This document shows positions 62,201-64,000 of a stretch of DNA of 64,000 nucleotides, piece by piece. The position numbers and the translations under genes were made by a program. The notes beneath the pieces are model-generated. The model had not been told where the DNA came from. It was given only the letters and a program-made list of their open reading frames with translations, and made no database searches. Origin of the DNA: an uncultured virus (IMG/VR IMGVR_UViG_3300047312_000104). Its lineage: Duplodnaviria > Heunggongvirae > Uroviricota > Caudoviricetes. The stretch's first letter is position 1. The number at the start of each line of letters is the position of its first letter. Location of the stretch: the IMG/VR virus record IMGVR_UViG_3300047312_000104, one strand, 5' to 3'.

Positions 62201-64000
62201 CCATCCACCCCATGTTCATCCGCCCACCCCAGTTCACATGGGGTGACAACGGGTTGACAGTCAGTTGCGTCGAGACGACTATCCCAATAACGATCCATCA
62301 AGATGCGCCTGATATCATCCGTAGGGAGAAGCCGCAGCCACCCCAACCTATGGGTATCGCCAGTATCGGGATCGCGCCAGTCCAAGCAGTAGTCCAGGTA
62401 TCCCATCTCGCGGGTCGGCACCAACGCAGCCTCGCTGCAATAGACCAGTTCCTTCTGGTCGTCTGTCAGGTGTTCCCATATCTCTTCCAGGAGATCCTTT
62501 AGGGTATCCACTTCCTGTTCAGGCTCGTTGTCTTCCCCATAGATCCTGGCACCAGTCATCAGTGCCTCGATTGACCTGATGGGGACGGTCATCCGGACGC
62601 TAGCTGGTTGATCAGTTCACTAGTCAACAGCACAGACTTATTTTCCAATAAAGTCATATCCTTCGAACTACCCGTCCCATTACCGACACGTCCCTTTAGT
62701 TTATTCTGGGCCGCGTCATTCAATCCCACTTTGGTACAGATGAGACGATACCCGAGTACACAGCAGTTATACCTCAGTTTATCTGTGGCCTCATGGGCTA
62801 TGAACGCAGCTAGCGAACGAGAACCAAATGATCCCAACATGGGATAATTAGGCATCCACAGACAAAGTTGTAGCGGCTCGCCCACCAGCGTAATGAAGGA
62901 TTCCTTAAACTTATCCTCTATCCCGTACATCAGCGCGTATCCCATCATCCGCTTGAGCCAGTCTTGTACTTCACAATCTAGTAGTTGCATTGTTGCTCCA
63001 ATCACTCGTCTGCCAGGGTAGCTTTGTAGGCTTTCAACTCAACCTTGTTCGCCTTAACGGTCAGAACGAGGCTCACGGTAGACCTATAGGGGCGCCTATA
63101 TTGTTTGAACTCAGGCATCATTTCTCGTAATCGAGACAAATTATCCTCTAATCTGTGAATCCCGCCCGAGGCATACCTATCTGGCAATCCCTTGATTTGG
63201 ATCGTTACGTGGTTTACCGGGTACCTTCCTGCGTCATCGTCCCAGCAGCGCCACTCTTGAGCGAATTCACACTTGGCGATTTTCATCTTGTAACCGTGCA
63301 TATCAGCCCAATCTCGGCAAAACCCCACTACCTTACTGTATGAAGCCTCCGGGGCCGGCTTCTCTGCTACTTTGGCCTTTTTACCCATCTGATACCTTGA
63401 TTGGATCGTTAGCGGTTTGTTGCACAGGGTAATCGAGCTCTTCTGAGAAGTCTAGTTCGGTCAGCACTACACCTTTGGAGCCGCCAACCGGCGCATCCAA
63501 CGAATTATCGTATTGCTGCAACTGGGCCCCGAATGATCTCGCGTAGGCCTCGTTCCACCGCCTACGAATCTCTGGGGCCATCTTGGGGACATTCTGGGCC
63601 CTCGTGGCATAGATGTACCCGATCGCCCCATACTCGGACCCAACCATTATCGCCAATGCGGTCCTGGCGAGATCCACCACCACTCCAGTCCTGGCCGCTA
63701 TCTTACGTGCTTTCTTGGCTCTGCTCATCCGTTGATCCTTCTGAACCATGTTGGTTATTCTTGAGATTCTTTTCTATCCATGCGAGTTTACGCGCCACAT
63801 CTTCATCCGTCTCTGGCTGGTCGAACAAATGGGCCAGATCGCCGTACCCGATCCAATCACAGAACTCGTCGTCCTGCCTGGCCCTAATCGCCTTGACGAT
63901 GTCACGAAGCTCATGAAACGCTTCATGGCGAGCCCTAGAGCCTTCAACTGGAACGAACTCACAGTACTTTTGGGCTGCTAACAGTAGCGGAACGAACGCC

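Larger units (their letters stand above)
21811..63749 (-). other. accessory region of many short, tightly packed minus-strand ORFs of unknown function
   Basis: ATGA/GTGA overlaps, uniform orientation, typical of large-phage accessory regions; not listed individually. Confidence 0.8.

Noticed and set aside
1..64000. Genome-wide TAG reassignment suggested by the suppressor tRNA
   Set aside because: Long genes are intact in code 11, and TAG ends genes at natural C-termini (e.g. 52999 ends at the same IE.SL motif as its TGA-ending paralogs).

Overview
A GC-rich segment of a large (jumbo-type) tailed phage or phage-like element; essentially every real gene is on the minus strand. (1) 971-7925: about 33 tRNA genes plus a permuted tRNA-like RNA, in two cassettes interspersed with an HNH, a GIY-YIG, a Pth2-like gene and Zn-finger genes. 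(2) 7929-21798: virion fibre/decoration module, including a 58-aa-repeat fibre and a 1422-aa He_PIG-type protein. (3) 21.8-64 kb: a long run of small accessory genes (two metallophosphoesterases, SLOG, DUF1643, SPFH-like, BCS1-like AAA, endonuclease VII/HNH, orphan antitoxin-like, paralog families). Main observation: each tRNA cassette is preceded by promoter + leader peptide + antiterminator/terminator, and the leader's codons match the tRNAs it controls. A 21-aa Leu/Gln-rich leader precedes 4 tRNA-Leu + 2 tRNA-Gln. A 42-aa leader lacking L/S/F/Y, containing all 15 amino acids served by the big cassette, precedes that cassette. This looks like ribosome-stalling attenuation that turns on phage tRNA supply when host tRNAs are depleted. 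Also seen: an amber-suppressor tRNA upstream of a Pth2-like gene with an in-frame TAG at codon 4, many non-canonical tRNA folds, and a 14-bp inverted repeat bracketing the large cassette. All calls were made by eye; no database searches were run.
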